A stretch of DNA of 64,000 nt from an uncultured Chloroflexia bacterium (GTDB lineage Bacteria; Chloroflexota; Limnocylindria; Limnocylindrales; CSP1-4), in assembly GCA_963707215.1 (NCBI GenBank), contig CAVPPB010000003.1, positions 352,001 through 416,000 on the forward strand, given 5' to 3'. The translations under genes were made by a program, and so were the position numbers. This document shows, piece by piece, positions 1 through 10,997 of this stretch. Under the pieces are notes generated by a model that made no database searches, was not told the DNA's origin, and worked only from the letters and a program-made list of their open reading frames with translations. Within the stretch, counting starts at the first letter, position 1. Every line of letters starts with the position of its first letter.

Positions 1-1326
1 GTCTCCGCCGCCGGTGACGGCACCGGCCCGGCGGTGCCTCGCTCGGTCGGCAGCCCCGATGCGCGCCCCGGCCAGCAGCTCGCCGAGCCGCTCGAGGCTG
101 GCGACCGTGCCGGCCGCCAGGAAGTCGTCGACGAACGGATAGGCGGCAGCCATCCCCGCGGCGAGCGGGCGATAGCCTTCGGCCGAGGCCAGCGGATTGA
201 GCCAGATCAGACGATGGCAGTTCCGCCGCAGGCGAGCCGTCTCTGCGGCCACGAGGGCCGGGTCGCCACGGTCCCAGCCGTCGGAGATGACGATCACGAT
301 CCCACTGGTCCGCAGCGTCCGGCGAGCCCAGCGCTGATTGAAGTCCCGGAAGCTCTCCCCGATCCTCGTCCCACCGGCCCAGTCGACGACCTCGTCGGCG
401 ACCCGCTCCAGGGCCCGATCCCGCTGGCGGTCCTTGAGCAGCCGGCTGACCCTGGTGAGCCGGGTCCCGAAGACGAACGATTCGGTCTTGACGACGTTCG
501 CCGCGGTCAGGGCCATGACGAACCGCAGGAGCAGCCGGCTGTGGCGCTCCATCGAGCCGCTGATGTCGCAGAGGACGACGATCGGCCGCGGGTGCCGCAC
601 GAGTCGGCGCCATTCCCAGTCGAGGAGCTGGCCGCCGGTCGAGAGGTTCCGCCGGAACATCGCTCGCGGGGCGAGGTAGCGGCCGTGGCGGTGGAGCTCG
701 TAGCGGCGGGTCCTCCGGGTCTCCAGGCGGGGCGCCAGGAGGTCGATGAGGCGCTCGGCGTCGCGCAACTCCGCGCCCGTCATCCGGTCGAAGGACTTGT
801 GCTGGAGGACCTCGCCCGAGCTGTACGCCTCGGGCGAGATGGTCAGGCCCTCCACCTCGTCGCCCTCGTCCTCGGGCTCCTCCTCGGATGGGACCGCCGG
901 GAGGGCCTGCCGCGGCTCGCGGGCCGACCGCTCCTCCGCGTCAAGACCCTCCTCCTCTGCCGCTTCGTCGGCGGTGGCATCCGGGATGACCGACTGGAGG
1001 GTGGGTCCGGCCATGTCCCGCTCCGAGCGGCGACGCCACCAGCGGTCGAAGACCCGACCGTACGGCTCGAGATCGTCGCGCCGACGGACGAAGATGGCCG
1101 CGCCCGCTGCCCGGACCTGGCTCCGGTCGCCGAGATCGATCGCGACGAGGGCCCGGGCGAAGTCGACCGCCGCGGCGAGATCGGCGCCCAGGCCGACCCG
1201 GCGGAGCTCGCGACCGAAGCCGACGGCCTGGGCGAGCAGGCGGGCGCCGTCGACCGACTGATCGGTGAACGGGACGGTGGCGAAGCGCCGCTCCGGATCG
1301 AGCCCCGTCGGTGGGCGGTCGGCCAT
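1..1326 (-). CDS. coxE: CoxE-like VWA-domain protein (runs off the left edge)
   Basis: Hand translation from ATG 1326: MADRPPTG...AVGFGRELRRVGLG...FDRWW, a MIDAS-like IVVLCDISGSMERHSR and IWLNPL. Directly downstream of coxD. Absent from the ORF track because there is no stop in the window. Confidence 0.85.
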   Translation of the reverse strand, partial: MADRPPTGLDPERRFATVPFTDQSVDGARLLAQAVGFGRELRRVGLGADLAAAVDFARALVAIDLGDRSQVRAAGAAIFVRRRDDLEPYGRVFDRWWRRRSERDMAGPTLQSVIPDATADEAAEEEGLDAEERSAREPRQALPAVPSEEEPEDEGDEVEGLTISPEAYSSGEVLQHKSFDRMTGAELRDAERLIDLLAPRLETRRTRRYELHRHGRYLAPRAMFRRNLSTGGQLLDWEWRRLVRHPRPIVVLCDISGSMERHSRLLLRFVMALTAANVVKTESFVFGTRLTRVSRLLKDRQRDRALERVADEVVDWAGGTRIGESFRDFNQRWARRTLRTSGIVIVISDGWDRGDPALVAAETARLRRNCHRLIWLNPLASAEGYRPLAAGMAAAYPFVDDFLAAGTVASLERLGELLAGARIGAADRARHRRAGAVTGGGD

Positions 1327-1328
1327 CG

Positions 1329-2240
1329 TCAGACCCCGGCCGCCACCTCGGCCAGGTAGGCGCGGGCGACGTCGCCCTGGACCTGGCGGACGTCCTCCTC
1401 GTACTTGAGGACGACGCCGAGGGTCTCGTCGACGACCCCGGGATCGAGCTCGGGTCGGCCGAGGGCCAGCAGCGCCGCGGCCCAGTCGATCGTCTCGGCA
1501 ACACCGGGGACCTTGGTCAGGTCGGCCTCCCGGAGCCGCTGGACGAAGCCGACGACCTGGCGGGCGAGGGCCTCCGGGGCGCCGGGGACCCGGGCCAGGA
1601 CGATCTCGAACTCGCGCTGGGCGCTCGGATAGTCGATCCAGTGATACAGGCAGCGCCGCTTCAGCGCGTCGTGGACCTCGCGCGTCCGGTTGCTCGTCAG
1701 GACGACCCGCGGCGGTCGGGCCGCACGGATCGTGCCGATCTCAGGGACGGTCACCTGGAAGTCGGAGAGGATCTCGAGCAGGTACGCCTCGAACTCCTCG
1801 TCCGCCCGGTCGATCTCATCGATGAGCAGGACCGGCGGCTCTGCGTCGCCATCGGCCTCGAGGGCCTGGAGCAGTGGCCGCTTGATCAGGAACGCCTCGC
1901 CGAAGATGTCGTGGGCGGCCGCCCGATCGATCTCGCCCCGCGCCTCGAGGAGCCGGATCTCGAGCATCTGGCGGGGGTAGTTCCACTCGTAGACGGCCGT
2001 ATTGACGTCCAGACCCTCGTAGCACTGGAGCCGGATGAGCCGGGTGCCGAGGGCGGTCGCCATGGTCTTGGCCAGCTCGGTCTTGCCGACGCCCGCCTCG
2101 CCCTCCAGAAGCAGCGGCCGATCGAGGGCCATCGAAAGGAAGACCGCCGTCGCCAGCGAGCGATCGCAGATGTAGTCGCACTCGCGGAAGGCGGCCTGGA
2201 GCGCCTCGATGGAGGCCAGGCGGGCGGTCGTCTCGTCCAT
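1329..2240 (-). CDS. coxD: MoxR-family AAA+ ATPase (CoxD-like)
   Basis: Walker A LLLEGEAGVGKT, RLQCYEGLD, Walker B LLIDEIDRADEEFEA, TSNRTREVHDALKRRC. Confidence 0.9.
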   Translation of the reverse strand: MDETTARLASIEALQAAFRECDYICDRSLATAVFLSMALDRPLLLEGEAGVGKTELAKTMATALGTRLIRLQCYEGLDVNTAVYEWNYPRQMLEIRLLEARGEIDRAAAHDIFGEAFLIKRPLLQALEADGDAEPPVLLIDEIDRADEEFEAYLLEILSDFQVTVPEIGTIRAARPPRVVLTSNRTREVHDALKRRCLYHWIDYPSAQREFEIVLARVPGAPEALARQVVGFVQRLREADLTKVPGVAETIDWAAALLALGRPELDPGVVDETLGVVLKYEEDVRQVQGDVARAYLAEVAAGV

Positions 2241-2333
2241 CACCGGAATCTACACGGCCTGGCGGCGAGGGCCATCCGAGGCCGAGGGTCACCGGGTGCA
2301 TCGCATCCGGGGAGCGATCGGGCCGGCAGCACG

Positions 2334-3383
2334 TCACCCGTCCGGCGCATCGAGCTCACGCGCGTACGGCGGGAACCGGAAGCGCATCGACCGGGTGAGG
2401 ATGCCGCCGTGGCCCAGTCGAGCCACGGTCGCCCGGGTGACGGGCTCGCCGGTCAGCAGGCGAGGCAGGATGAGATCGGCGGCGGTCGCCTTCGAGTAGG
2501 CGCCGCACGTCGGAAGGCCCAGGATCCCGGTCCTCCCCACCCTGGCGATCCAGAGCATGGAGCCGGGGTGAGCCGGCACCCCGTGGCGGACCATCCGCCC
2601 GCCGAGCCGCTCGATGGCGACGAAGAAGGCGTCGGTCGGATCCGTCGATGCCCCACCGGCCGTGAGGACGAGATCGACCCGGTCGCGGCCTCTGGCCATG
2701 GGCCGGAGGGCGTCGACGACACGATCCGGATCGTCGGGAAGGTAGCGGACCGCGATGACCTCCGAACCGAGGCTCTCGACCTTGGCCCGGACCGAGGACT
2801 CGAACCGATCGCGGGCCACCCCGGCGATGCTCTCCTTGACGAGGACCCCGACGCGATGGTGGGCATACGGGGCCACCCGGACGACGGCGGACGACCGGGC
2901 GGCGACCCGCTCCCCGGCGGCGACGACTCGCTCCTCGACCACGTGGGGGGCGACCTTCACGCTGGCGACCAGCGCCCCGAGGGTGACCGCCTGTCCGTCG
3001 AGGACCGTGAAGACCTCGAGAGGATCGAGCCGGTCGATCCGCTCGACCGCGGCCAGGTCGACATGGACGACGCCGTCGTGGGCGGCGAGCAGGTCGACCC
3101 GGCTCTGGACCGGCCCCCGGACGGTGATTCCCGGGCCGCGGACGGCCTCGGCGAGTCGGACCGCCGCCTCGTCCTCGTGGAGATCGCCCGGGTCCATGAC
3201 GATGACGGTCGTCTCCGGCAGGCCCAGGTCGAGCGGAGCAGAGGCGAGGGCGTCGAGATCGGCGGCCGAGAGCCGCCGACCCTTCGACCAGCGAGCCGAT
3301 CCGACCCGTAGATCACGGGCCAGGACGGCGCCGACGAGCGGATGAGGCGGTCGGCGGCCCGGACGGACGCTGGTCAGGCGCAC
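2334..3383 (-). CDS. Molybdopterin-binding (MoeA/MogA-like) accessory protein
   Basis: DLHEDEAA, LTAGGASTDPTD, GVPAHPGSMLW, LGLPTCG motifs; lies in the cox cluster. Confidence 0.75.
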   Translation of the reverse strand: MRLTSVRPGRRPPHPLVGAVLARDLRVGSARWSKGRRLSAADLDALASAPLDLGLPETTVIVMDPGDLHEDEAAVRLAEAVRGPGITVRGPVQSRVDLLAAHDGVVHVDLAAVERIDRLDPLEVFTVLDGQAVTLGALVASVKVAPHVVEERVVAAGERVAARSSAVVRVAPYAHHRVGVLVKESIAGVARDRFESSVRAKVESLGSEVIAVRYLPDDPDRVVDALRPMARGRDRVDLVLTAGGASTDPTDAFFVAIERLGGRMVRHGVPAHPGSMLWIARVGRTGILGLPTCGAYSKATAADLILPRLLTGEPVTRATVARLGHGGILTRSMRFRFPPYARELDAPDG

Positions 3384-3404
3384 GCTCGAGCCGTCAGACC
3401 GTCG

Positions 3405-4265
3405 TCAGCTGCTGCGGGCGCGGGCAGTCTCCAGCGCCCGGCGGACCAGCACGGTGGCCAACGCTGCCCGGTAGGTCGCGTCGGCATGGATGTCGCTGTT
3501 GACCTCGATCCCCTCGGTCGCCTTCAGGGCCGCCGCGGCGATCCGGTCGGGTGAGCAGTCGGTCCCGGTCAGGGCATCCTCGACCGCCCGCGCCCGGTAC
3601 GGTGCGTGAGCGACGCCGGTGACCGCCACCCGGACGTGGTCGATCTCGCTGCTCCCGAAGACGCCGTGGCGGTGACCCAGCACGGCCGCGACCCCGACGA
3701 TCGAGTAGCCGGACGCCGGCTGCTCGAGGGTCACGTAGGCGCCACCGGCGCCCTGCGGCAGCGGCGGACGCTTGACCGCGACGATGAGCTCATCGGGGGC
3801 CAGGCCCGTCTCGAACGGGCCGTGGAAGAAGCCGTCGACCGGGACCTCCCGTTCGCCGCGGACCGACCGCAGGACGACGGTGCCGTCTAGGGCCAGGGCG
3901 ATGGCCGGGAAATCCGACGCCGGGTCGCAATGGGCCAGGGCCCCGCCGACCGTGCCCCGATTGCGGACCTGGACGTCGCCGATGTCCTTGACGGCCTCGT
4001 TGACCCAGGGGATCGAGCCGCCCTTCACGATGTCGGCGTAGGTCGTCAGCGCCCCGACCGTGGCGCCGCCGTCCTCCTCGAGCCGGATGCCCCGAAGCTC
4101 GTCAAGGCGACCGATGTCGACGAGGCGCTCGGCGCGAGCGAGTCGCATCTTGAGGAGGGGCAGGAGGCTCTGGCCGCCGGCGATGGCCTTGGCCCCTCCG
4201 GCAAGCGCCTGGAGCGCCTCATCGACCGAGGTGGCCCGGGTGTACCCGAAGCTCGCGGGGATCAT
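3405..4265 (-). CDS. coxM: FAD-binding medium subunit of a xanthine dehydrogenase/CODH-like enzyme
   Basis: MIPASFGY, IAGGQSLLPLLKMRLA, DVQVRNRGTVGG. Confidence 0.9.
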   Translation of the reverse strand: MIPASFGYTRATSVDEALQALAGGAKAIAGGQSLLPLLKMRLARAERLVDIGRLDELRGIRLEEDGGATVGALTTYADIVKGGSIPWVNEAVKDIGDVQVRNRGTVGGALAHCDPASDFPAIALALDGTVVLRSVRGEREVPVDGFFHGPFETGLAPDELIVAVKRPPLPQGAGGAYVTLEQPASGYSIVGVAAVLGHRHGVFGSSEIDHVRVAVTGVAHAPYRARAVEDALTGTDCSPDRIAAAALKATEGIEVNSDIHADATYRAALATVLVRRALETARARSS

Positions 4266-6664
4266 GCCTGGCCTCCCTTCGCGGCCTGGATCGCCGCCCA
4301 GACCTTGGGCGGGGTGAACGGCATGTCGAGATGCCGGATGCCGAGCGGCGACAGGGCATCGATCACCGCGTTGGCCACGGCGGCCGTGCTGGCGATCGCG
4401 CCCGCCTCGCCGACGCCCTTGACGCCGAGCGGGTTCACGGGCGACGGGGTCACCGTCTCGTCGAGCTCGAAGCTCGGCAGCTTCGACGCCTTGGGCAGGG
4501 CGTAGTCGAGCATGGAGCCGGTCAGCAGCTGACCGTCCTCGCTGTAGACCGCGCCTTCCCAGAGAGCCTGTCCGATGCCCTGGGTGATGCCGCCGTGGAG
4601 CTGCCCGTCCACGATCATCGGGTTGATCTTGTTGCCGACGTCGTCCACGGCCACGTAGCGCACGAGGTCGACCGCCCCGGTCTCCTCGTCGATCTCGACG
4701 AGGGCGATGTGGGTCCCGAACGGGAACGTGCAGTTGTCGGTGTCGTGGTAGGCCGTCTCGTCGAGGTAGGGCTCCATCCCCTCGGGGGTCTCGAAGGCGA
4801 GGTCGAGGGCGAAGGCGATCTCCGCGATGGTCTTCTTCTTGTCCGGGCTGCCCTTCACGCGGTATTCGCCACCCTCGACCTCGATATCGTCGGGTGAGGC
4901 CTCGAGCATGAAGGCGGCGTACTGCCTGGCCTTCTCGCGGATCTTGGCCGCTGCCTTGAGGGCGGCGCCGGTGCCGACGTTCGAGGTCCGGCTGCCGTAG
5001 GAGCCGTAGCCGAACGGGGTGCCCTGGGTGTCCGAGTGCTGGACGATGACGTCCTCCATCGGCACCCCGAGCTCATGGGCGACGATCTGGGCGAAGGTCG
5101 TCTCGTGGCCCTGGCCCTGCGGCTGGGTGCCCATCGTGACGACGACCTTGCCGGTCAGGTGGACCTTGATGTTGCATGACTCCCACATGGCGGCGCCCCA
5201 GCCCTCGCCGACGGCCCCGATCCATTTGCTGGGTGCCACGCCACAGACCTCGATGTAGGTCGAGAGGCCGACGCCCAGGAGCTTGCGGCGGGCCTTCGCC
5301 GCCGCCCGGGTCGAGGCGAGATCGCCGTAGCCGACCATGGCCAGGGCCTTGTCGAGGGCCGGCTCGTAGTTCCCCGAGTCGATGTAGAGCTTGGATCCAT
5401 TGACGGCCGTCAGGAGCCCCGACGGGTTGTCGTAGGGGAACGAGTCGGGCGGCAGGAAGTTGCGTCGCCGGACCTCCGCCGGGTCGATGCCGAGCTCGTC
5501 GGCGACCAGGTCCATGGCCCGCTCCACGACGTAGGTCGCCTCGGGCCGGCCGGCGCCACGGTAGGCGTCGACGAAGGTCGTGTTCGTGTAGACGCCGGTG
5601 ACCTCGCAATGGACGGCCGGGATCTTGTAGGGGCCGGACAGGATCCGTCCGTACAGGGTCGTCGGGATGCCGGGGCCGATCGTCGAGAGCCGCCCGCCGA
5701 GGTTCGCGTACGTCTTGACCCGCAGCCCGGTGACGACACCGTCCCGGGTGGCCCCGACCTCGACGTAGGTGATGTGGTCGCGGCCGTGGATGGTGCTCTG
5801 GTAGTTCTCGCGGCGGGTCTCGACCCACTTGACCGGGCGCCCGCCGATGGCCTTGGAGGCGAACATCACGAGGGCCATGTCCGCGTAGCAGAAGATCTTG
5901 CTGCCGAAGGCCCCGCCCACGTCCGGGCTGATGCAGCGGACCTTGTGCTCGGGGATGCCGGTCACGAAGGCCGTCAGCAGGAGCCGCTGGATGTGGGGCG
6001 TCTGGCTCGACATCCAGATCGTGTACTCGTCGGTCCCGGGGTTGTACCAGCCGATGTCGCCCCGGACCTCCATCGCGTTGGGGATCAGGCGCTGGTTGAC
6101 AAGGCGCTGGCGGACGACCACCTCGGCGCCGTCGATCGCGGCATCCGTGGCGGGCTTGTCCCCGACGGCCCACTCGAAGACGACGTTGTTCGGGGCGTTC
6201 TCGTGGAGCTGCGGAGCACCCGGCTGGGTCGCCTTCTCGGCGTCGACCACGGCCGGCAGGGGCTCCCAGTCGACGCTGATCGCCTCCAGCGCATCGGCGG
6301 CCTGCTCGGCCGTCTCGGCCACCACCGCAGCGACCCCCTCGCCCGTCCACTTGACGCCGTCGGTGGCCAGGGCCCGGGGGGTGTTGACGTTGTTCTGGAT
6401 GCCGCTGGCGCCCCCGGCCGGCCAGGCCATCGGCAGCGGGTTGTAGGGGATGTCCGCGCCGGTGAAGACGGCGACGACGCCGGGCATCGCCCGGGCCGCG
6501 GTCGTGTCGATGGACCGGATGTTCGCGTGAGCGTAGGGGCTCCGCAGGATGGCCATGTGGGTCATCCCGGGGAAGCTGATGTCGTCGAGATAGCGGCCGG
6601 ATCCGGTGATGAAGCGGGCGTCCTCCACCCGCTTGACCCGGGCGCCGAGGACCTCGGTGGTCAT
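4262..6664 (-). CDS. coxL: Molybdopterin large subunit, form II CoxL-like
   Basis: Start MTTEVLGARVKRVED; DVGGAFGSK; active-site loop AYRGAGR (form II, not AYXCSFR); GQGHET; GVKGVGEAG. Confidence 0.9.
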   Translation of the reverse strand: MTTEVLGARVKRVEDARFITGSGRYLDDISFPGMTHMAILRSPYAHANIRSIDTTAARAMPGVVAVFTGADIPYNPLPMAWPAGGASGIQNNVNTPRALATDGVKWTGEGVAAVVAETAEQAADALEAISVDWEPLPAVVDAEKATQPGAPQLHENAPNNVVFEWAVGDKPATDAAIDGAEVVVRQRLVNQRLIPNAMEVRGDIGWYNPGTDEYTIWMSSQTPHIQRLLLTAFVTGIPEHKVRCISPDVGGAFGSKIFCYADMALVMFASKAIGGRPVKWVETRRENYQSTIHGRDHITYVEVGATRDGVVTGLRVKTYANLGGRLSTIGPGIPTTLYGRILSGPYKIPAVHCEVTGVYTNTTFVDAYRGAGRPEATYVVERAMDLVADELGIDPAEVRRRNFLPPDSFPYDNPSGLLTAVNGSKLYIDSGNYEPALDKALAMVGYGDLASTRAAAKARRKLLGVGLSTYIEVCGVAPSKWIGAVGEGWGAAMWESCNIKVHLTGKVVVTMGTQPQGQGHETTFAQIVAHELGVPMEDVIVQHSDTQGTPFGYGSYGSRTSNVGTGAALKAAAKIREKARQYAAFMLEASPDDIEVEGGEYRVKGSPDKKKTIAEIAFALDLAFETPEGMEPYLDETAYHDTDNCTFPFGTHIALVEIDEETGAVDLVRYVAVDDVGNKINPMIVDGQLHGGITQGIGQALWEGAVYSEDGQLLTGSMLDYALPKASKLPSFELDETVTPSPVNPLGVKGVGEAGAIASTAAVANAVIDALSPLGIRHLDMPFTPPKVWAAIQAAKGGQA

Positions 6665-6678
6665 GCTCGATCCCTCCC

Positions 6679-7167
<489 letters not shown>

Positions 7168-7374
7168 GGGCTGGACCTCCTTGCGGTGGGGCCGTCGGGG
7201 ACGACCGTGGAGTGGCGGGTGCCGGCCTGGTGCGGCGGGGACCGTCAGCGGCGGGGCGCGGCGCGGGGTCGCGACGGGGTGCCGCCGATGATGGCGCGCC
7301 GTGGCCCGGGAATCAAGCCGAGGACCGTGACACGCAAGCGACCACTGGGCGGCGCGAGCCGGCTCGACGGCGGA

Positions 7375-10300
7375 TCAGGCCCGGGAGGCTGGACTCTTGA
7401 TCGGCTCGGACGACCCGGTCGCCTCGGTCGCGGCGGATCCGGCCGGGAAGACCGCGTCCAGCCGCTCCAGCAGGGTCACGGCGCCCAGGTCCTCGAGGAT
7501 GGCCCTCGCCTCGACGGCTGCCTCCTCGGCGCCCGACTGACCCGGCGCGAAGACCGCTCGCTCGAGCCGGGCCATCGCCAGCTGGAAGCGGACCCCACGA
7601 GCCCGGAGGGTGTCTGCGGCTCCGTCCATCCGGTCGACCGTCGTGGTCGGGTCCCCGCCGGCCACGAGGTCGAGCAGGGCCAGCAGGTGGGCGATCTGGG
7701 CGGCGTCGACCTCCGCCACGACGAGCTTGGGGGCTGCGGCGAGCCCATCGAGCCGCTCGCGAACCTCACCAGGCTGACGCCGCCAGGCCGACACTCGGGC
7801 CGCCACCATCACAGCCCGCTCCTGGTCGCCGAGCTGGAGCGGATCCAGCGCCAGGAGGTCGACGGTCGCCGCCTCGCCGGCCGCCGGGTCGCCGGCCGCC
7901 AGGGCCGCCTGGAGCCGAGCGGTCAGGTTGGACGCCTGCATCTGCGGATCCTCTGTGCCGGCGGAGACCGCGAGCGCCTGTCGCAGCGTTGCCTCGGCCT
8001 CCCGGGCGCGCCCCTGGTAGGCCTGGACGTGGGCGGCGAACGCGGGAGCCACGCCCCCGAAGAGCGCCTGCGCCTCGACCGGGTCGTAGCTCGTTCCGAC
8101 CAACTCGACCCAGGGCCATTCGCCGACGTCGAAGGCCGCTTCGGCCGCGTTCCCGGCGAGCGAGAGCGACCACTCCTCGTAGCCCAGCCGGCGGGCGACG
8201 TCGTAGCCTTCGCGGGCCACCTCGAGCGCCTCGCGAGGATCGATGCCCATCAGGTGGCTCGACAGGTTCATGCTGCTCCGGAAACGGGCCCTGAGCGGCC
8301 CATGGCGTTCGGTCTGCACGAGATTGCCCCGCAGGAGGGCGATGGCCTCGACCACCCGGCCGATCGCCGTGAGCGTCCAGGCCTTCGTCGCCAGGATCTC
8401 GGCGATGACCTCCTGCGCCCCAGCGGCCTCGGCCCGGGGCAGGAGCTCCTCGACGACCGGGGTCGCGGCGGCAGGATCACCGGCCATCATGTGGGCTCGG
8501 GCGAGCTCGGCGCCGAGGTCCAGCGCCTCGGCGGACGAGGAGCCACGGACCCGGTCCCAGGCCGTCGACAGGACCTGGCGCGCCTCCGAGTGGCGGCCCT
8601 GGTAGATGATGAGGGTCCCCAGTCGACGCTCGGCGGCCGCCGTCGCCGCCGGATCGTCCCTGCTCGAACGCCACGCGACGACCTCGCGCGCGATCTCCTC
8701 GAGCCTGGGGAGATCGCCGGTGGTGGCCTCGCCGAGCGCCACAAGGCGCTCCAGGATGACCATCCGCTCGGTCTCGTCCGACGCGATGGCTGCCGCCTCC
8801 TCGAGATACGTCCCGGCTCGTCGCCACGCATGGAGCTCGCTGGCGCGCGCCGCCGCGGCGATGAGGGCCTCCCGCGCCCGCTCCGCCAACTCGGCAGCAT
8901 CGTGCCCGTCGGCCGACCGGTGCGCGTCCAGGAGGTGGGTGGCCACGACCCCGGAGACGTCCTCCTCGGCCAGCTGCCCGAAGAAGGCAGCCGCAGCGAG
9001 GTGGCGGGCCACCCGCTCCCGCCGCGAGAGACGGTTGTAGATCACCTCGCGGAGGAGGCCCTGGACGAAGCCGTATTGGCCTCGCTCCGGTGACCGCGGA
9101 TCCTCGTCCAGCGCCAGGAGCTCGCGCGAGATCAGGCGCTCGAGGGTGACCCCGGCATCGTCCGCCGGCATGCCGGCGACCGACGCGATGGCGTCCACGG
9201 AGAAGGTCTGGCCGAGCACGGACGCGTGGCCCAGCAGGGAGCGCTCGTCCTCGGGCAGGCCATCGAGGCGCGCACCGAGGAGCTTGGTCAGCGAGGCCGG
9301 CACCGCCAGCTCGCCCAGCGGTCCGGCGAGCCGGTAGCGACCGTCCGCCTCGGTCAGCCGGCCCTGGTCGACGAGCATCCGGACGGTCTCGACCGCGTAC
9401 AGCGGGACCCCCTCCGCTCGCTCGCCGATGGTCCGGATCGCCGCCGGGGGAAGGCCGGGGGCGAGGCCGACGAGCAGTAGCTCCATCGCCTCGGCATCGA
9501 GTGGCCCGAGCTCCAGGCTGGTGAAGCTGCGGATCCCGGCGCCCCAGGTCGGGCGACGCTCGAGCAGCTCAGGCCTGGCCAGTGTCACGACGAAGAGCGG
9601 GCGGTTGCGGTTGGCAGTGACCAGCCGCTCCACGAAGTCGAGGAGACCGTCGTCGGCCCAGTGGAGATCCTCGAAGACGAGGATCGTGGGGCCGTGGTCG
9701 GCGATGCGCTCGAACAGCGCGCGCCAGGCGGCGAAGAGCTCGTCCGTTCCGCCGGACGGCATCTCCCCGGTCCCCAGCAGGGCGGCGAGCCGGGGCTCGA
9801 CCCAGGACCGCTCATCGGCGTCCGGAAGCCAGCGCTCGAGCGCCTCGGTGAGCCTCCGGGCGGCGGTCGAGTGATCGTCGCCGTCGACGATGCCGACGCG
9901 TCCACGGATCATCTCGGCCAGGGCCCAGAACGCCAGGCCGTCGCCGTAGGCGGGCGATCGACCAGCGTGCCAGTAGACCGTCTCGGCGACTCCGTCGATG
10001 TACTTCTCGAGCTCCCAGGCGAGACGGCTCTTGCCGATCCCGCCGACCCCGGTGACCGAGACGAGCCGCGCCCGGCGGTCCCGCCCGGTCCCGTGAAAGA
10101 GGTCCTTGAGCAGCCGCAGCTCGTCGTCACGCCCGACGAACGGTGCCTCGAGGCGGGTCGCCCGCCGGGCCCCTCGGCGGGCTGCCACCACCCGGAGCGC
10201 ACGCCAGGCCTCCACCGGCTCGATCTTCCCCTTGAGTCGCTGGGGACCAGCTGCCTCGTAGACGACGGACGCATCCGTGACCCGCACCGTTGCCTCGTCC

Positions 10301-10986
10301 ACGATCACGCCACCGGGCGGGGCGGCGCCCTGGAGCCGACTGGCGGTGTTGACCAGGTCGCCGGTGACCATCCCCTGCCCGACCGCCGCTGGATCCACCG
10401 CCGCCTCGCCGGTCATCACGGCGGCCCTCGCGACCAGGGTCTCGGTGACGCCGTCTCCGGCGGCCGGCAGGCCGGCGACCGCGTCGACCAGGTCGAGCGC
10501 GGCCCGGACGGCTCGCTCGGCATCATCCTCGTGGGCCACCGGCGTCCCGAAGACGGCCATGACCGCGTCCCCGATGAACTTCTCGACCGTGCCGCCGTAC
10601 CGTTCGATCCGCTCGCGCGAGACGGCGAAGTACCGGTCGAGGGTCTCCCGGACCGCCTCCGGATCGCGCTCTTCCGCGAACGGCGTGAACCCGACCAGGT
10701 CGACGAAGAGGACCGATACGTGGCGTCGCTCGGTCGTCGTCCCGCTCGCGGCAGATCGATCCGACGCCGGACGCTGCTCGGCCGCGTGCCCGGGCCGTGG
10801 CGGCGCCGAGGCCACTCCGACCTCCAGCGTCGAGCCACAGGTCCCGCAGAACCGGTCCTCCGGCTCGTTCGCAGCTCCGCAGGATGGACAGGACGCGCCG
10901 AGCACCGCCCCGCAGGCGCGACAGAAGCGTCGGCCCGGCTTGTTCTCGGCCGAGCATGAGGCGCAGACGAGGGACGCGGCTTCCAT
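7375..10986 (-). CDS. Double zinc ribbon + class III adenylate/guanylate cyclase + AAA ATPase + TPR-like protein
   Basis: CxxC repeats at the N-terminus; VLFVDLVGFT, VEKFIGDAVMAVFG, GDLVNTASRL; Walker A GVGGIGKS; FEDLHWAD. Confidence 0.9.
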   Translation of the reverse strand: MEAASLVCASCSAENKPGRRFCRACGAVLGASCPSCGAANEPEDRFCGTCGSTLEVGVASAPPRPGHAAEQRPASDRSAASGTTTERRHVSVLFVDLVGFTPFAEERDPEAVRETLDRYFAVSRERIERYGGTVEKFIGDAVMAVFGTPVAHEDDAERAVRAALDLVDAVAGLPAAGDGVTETLVARAAVMTGEAAVDPAAVGQGMVTGDLVNTASRLQGAAPPGGVIVDEATVRVTDASVVYEAAGPQRLKGKIEPVEAWRALRVVAARRGARRATRLEAPFVGRDDELRLLKDLFHGTGRDRRARLVSVTGVGGIGKSRLAWELEKYIDGVAETVYWHAGRSPAYGDGLAFWALAEMIRGRVGIVDGDDHSTAARRLTEALERWLPDADERSWVEPRLAALLGTGEMPSGGTDELFAAWRALFERIADHGPTILVFEDLHWADDGLLDFVERLVTANRNRPLFVVTLARPELLERRPTWGAGIRSFTSLELGPLDAEAMELLLVGLAPGLPPAAIRTIGERAEGVPLYAVETVRMLVDQGRLTEADGRYRLAGPLGELAVPASLTKLLGARLDGLPEDERSLLGHASVLGQTFSVDAIASVAGMPADDAGVTLERLISRELLALDEDPRSPERGQYGFVQGLLREVIYNRLSRRERVARHLAAAAFFGQLAEEDVSGVVATHLLDAHRSADGHDAAELAERAREALIAAAARASELHAWRRAGTYLEEAAAIASDETERMVILERLVALGEATTGDLPRLEEIAREVVAWRSSRDDPAATAAAERRLGTLIIYQGRHSEARQVLSTAWDRVRGSSSAEALDLGAELARAHMMAGDPAAATPVVEELLPRAEAAGAQEVIAEILATKAWTLTAIGRVVEAIALLRGNLVQTERHGPLRARFRSSMNLSSHLMGIDPREALEVAREGYDVARRLGYEEWSLSLAGNAAEAAFDVGEWPWVELVGTSYDPVEAQALFGGVAPAFAAHVQAYQGRAREAEATLRQALAVSAGTEDPQMQASNLTARLQAALAAGDPAAGEAATVDLLALDPLQLGDQERAVMVAARVSAWRRQPGEVRERLDGLAAAPKLVVAEVDAAQIAHLLALLDLVAGGDPTTTVDRMDGAADTLRARGVRFQLAMARLERAVFAPGQSGAEEAAVEARAILEDLGAVTLLERLDAVFPAGSAATEATGSSEPIKSPASRA

Positions 10987-10997
10987 GGCCCGCTAGC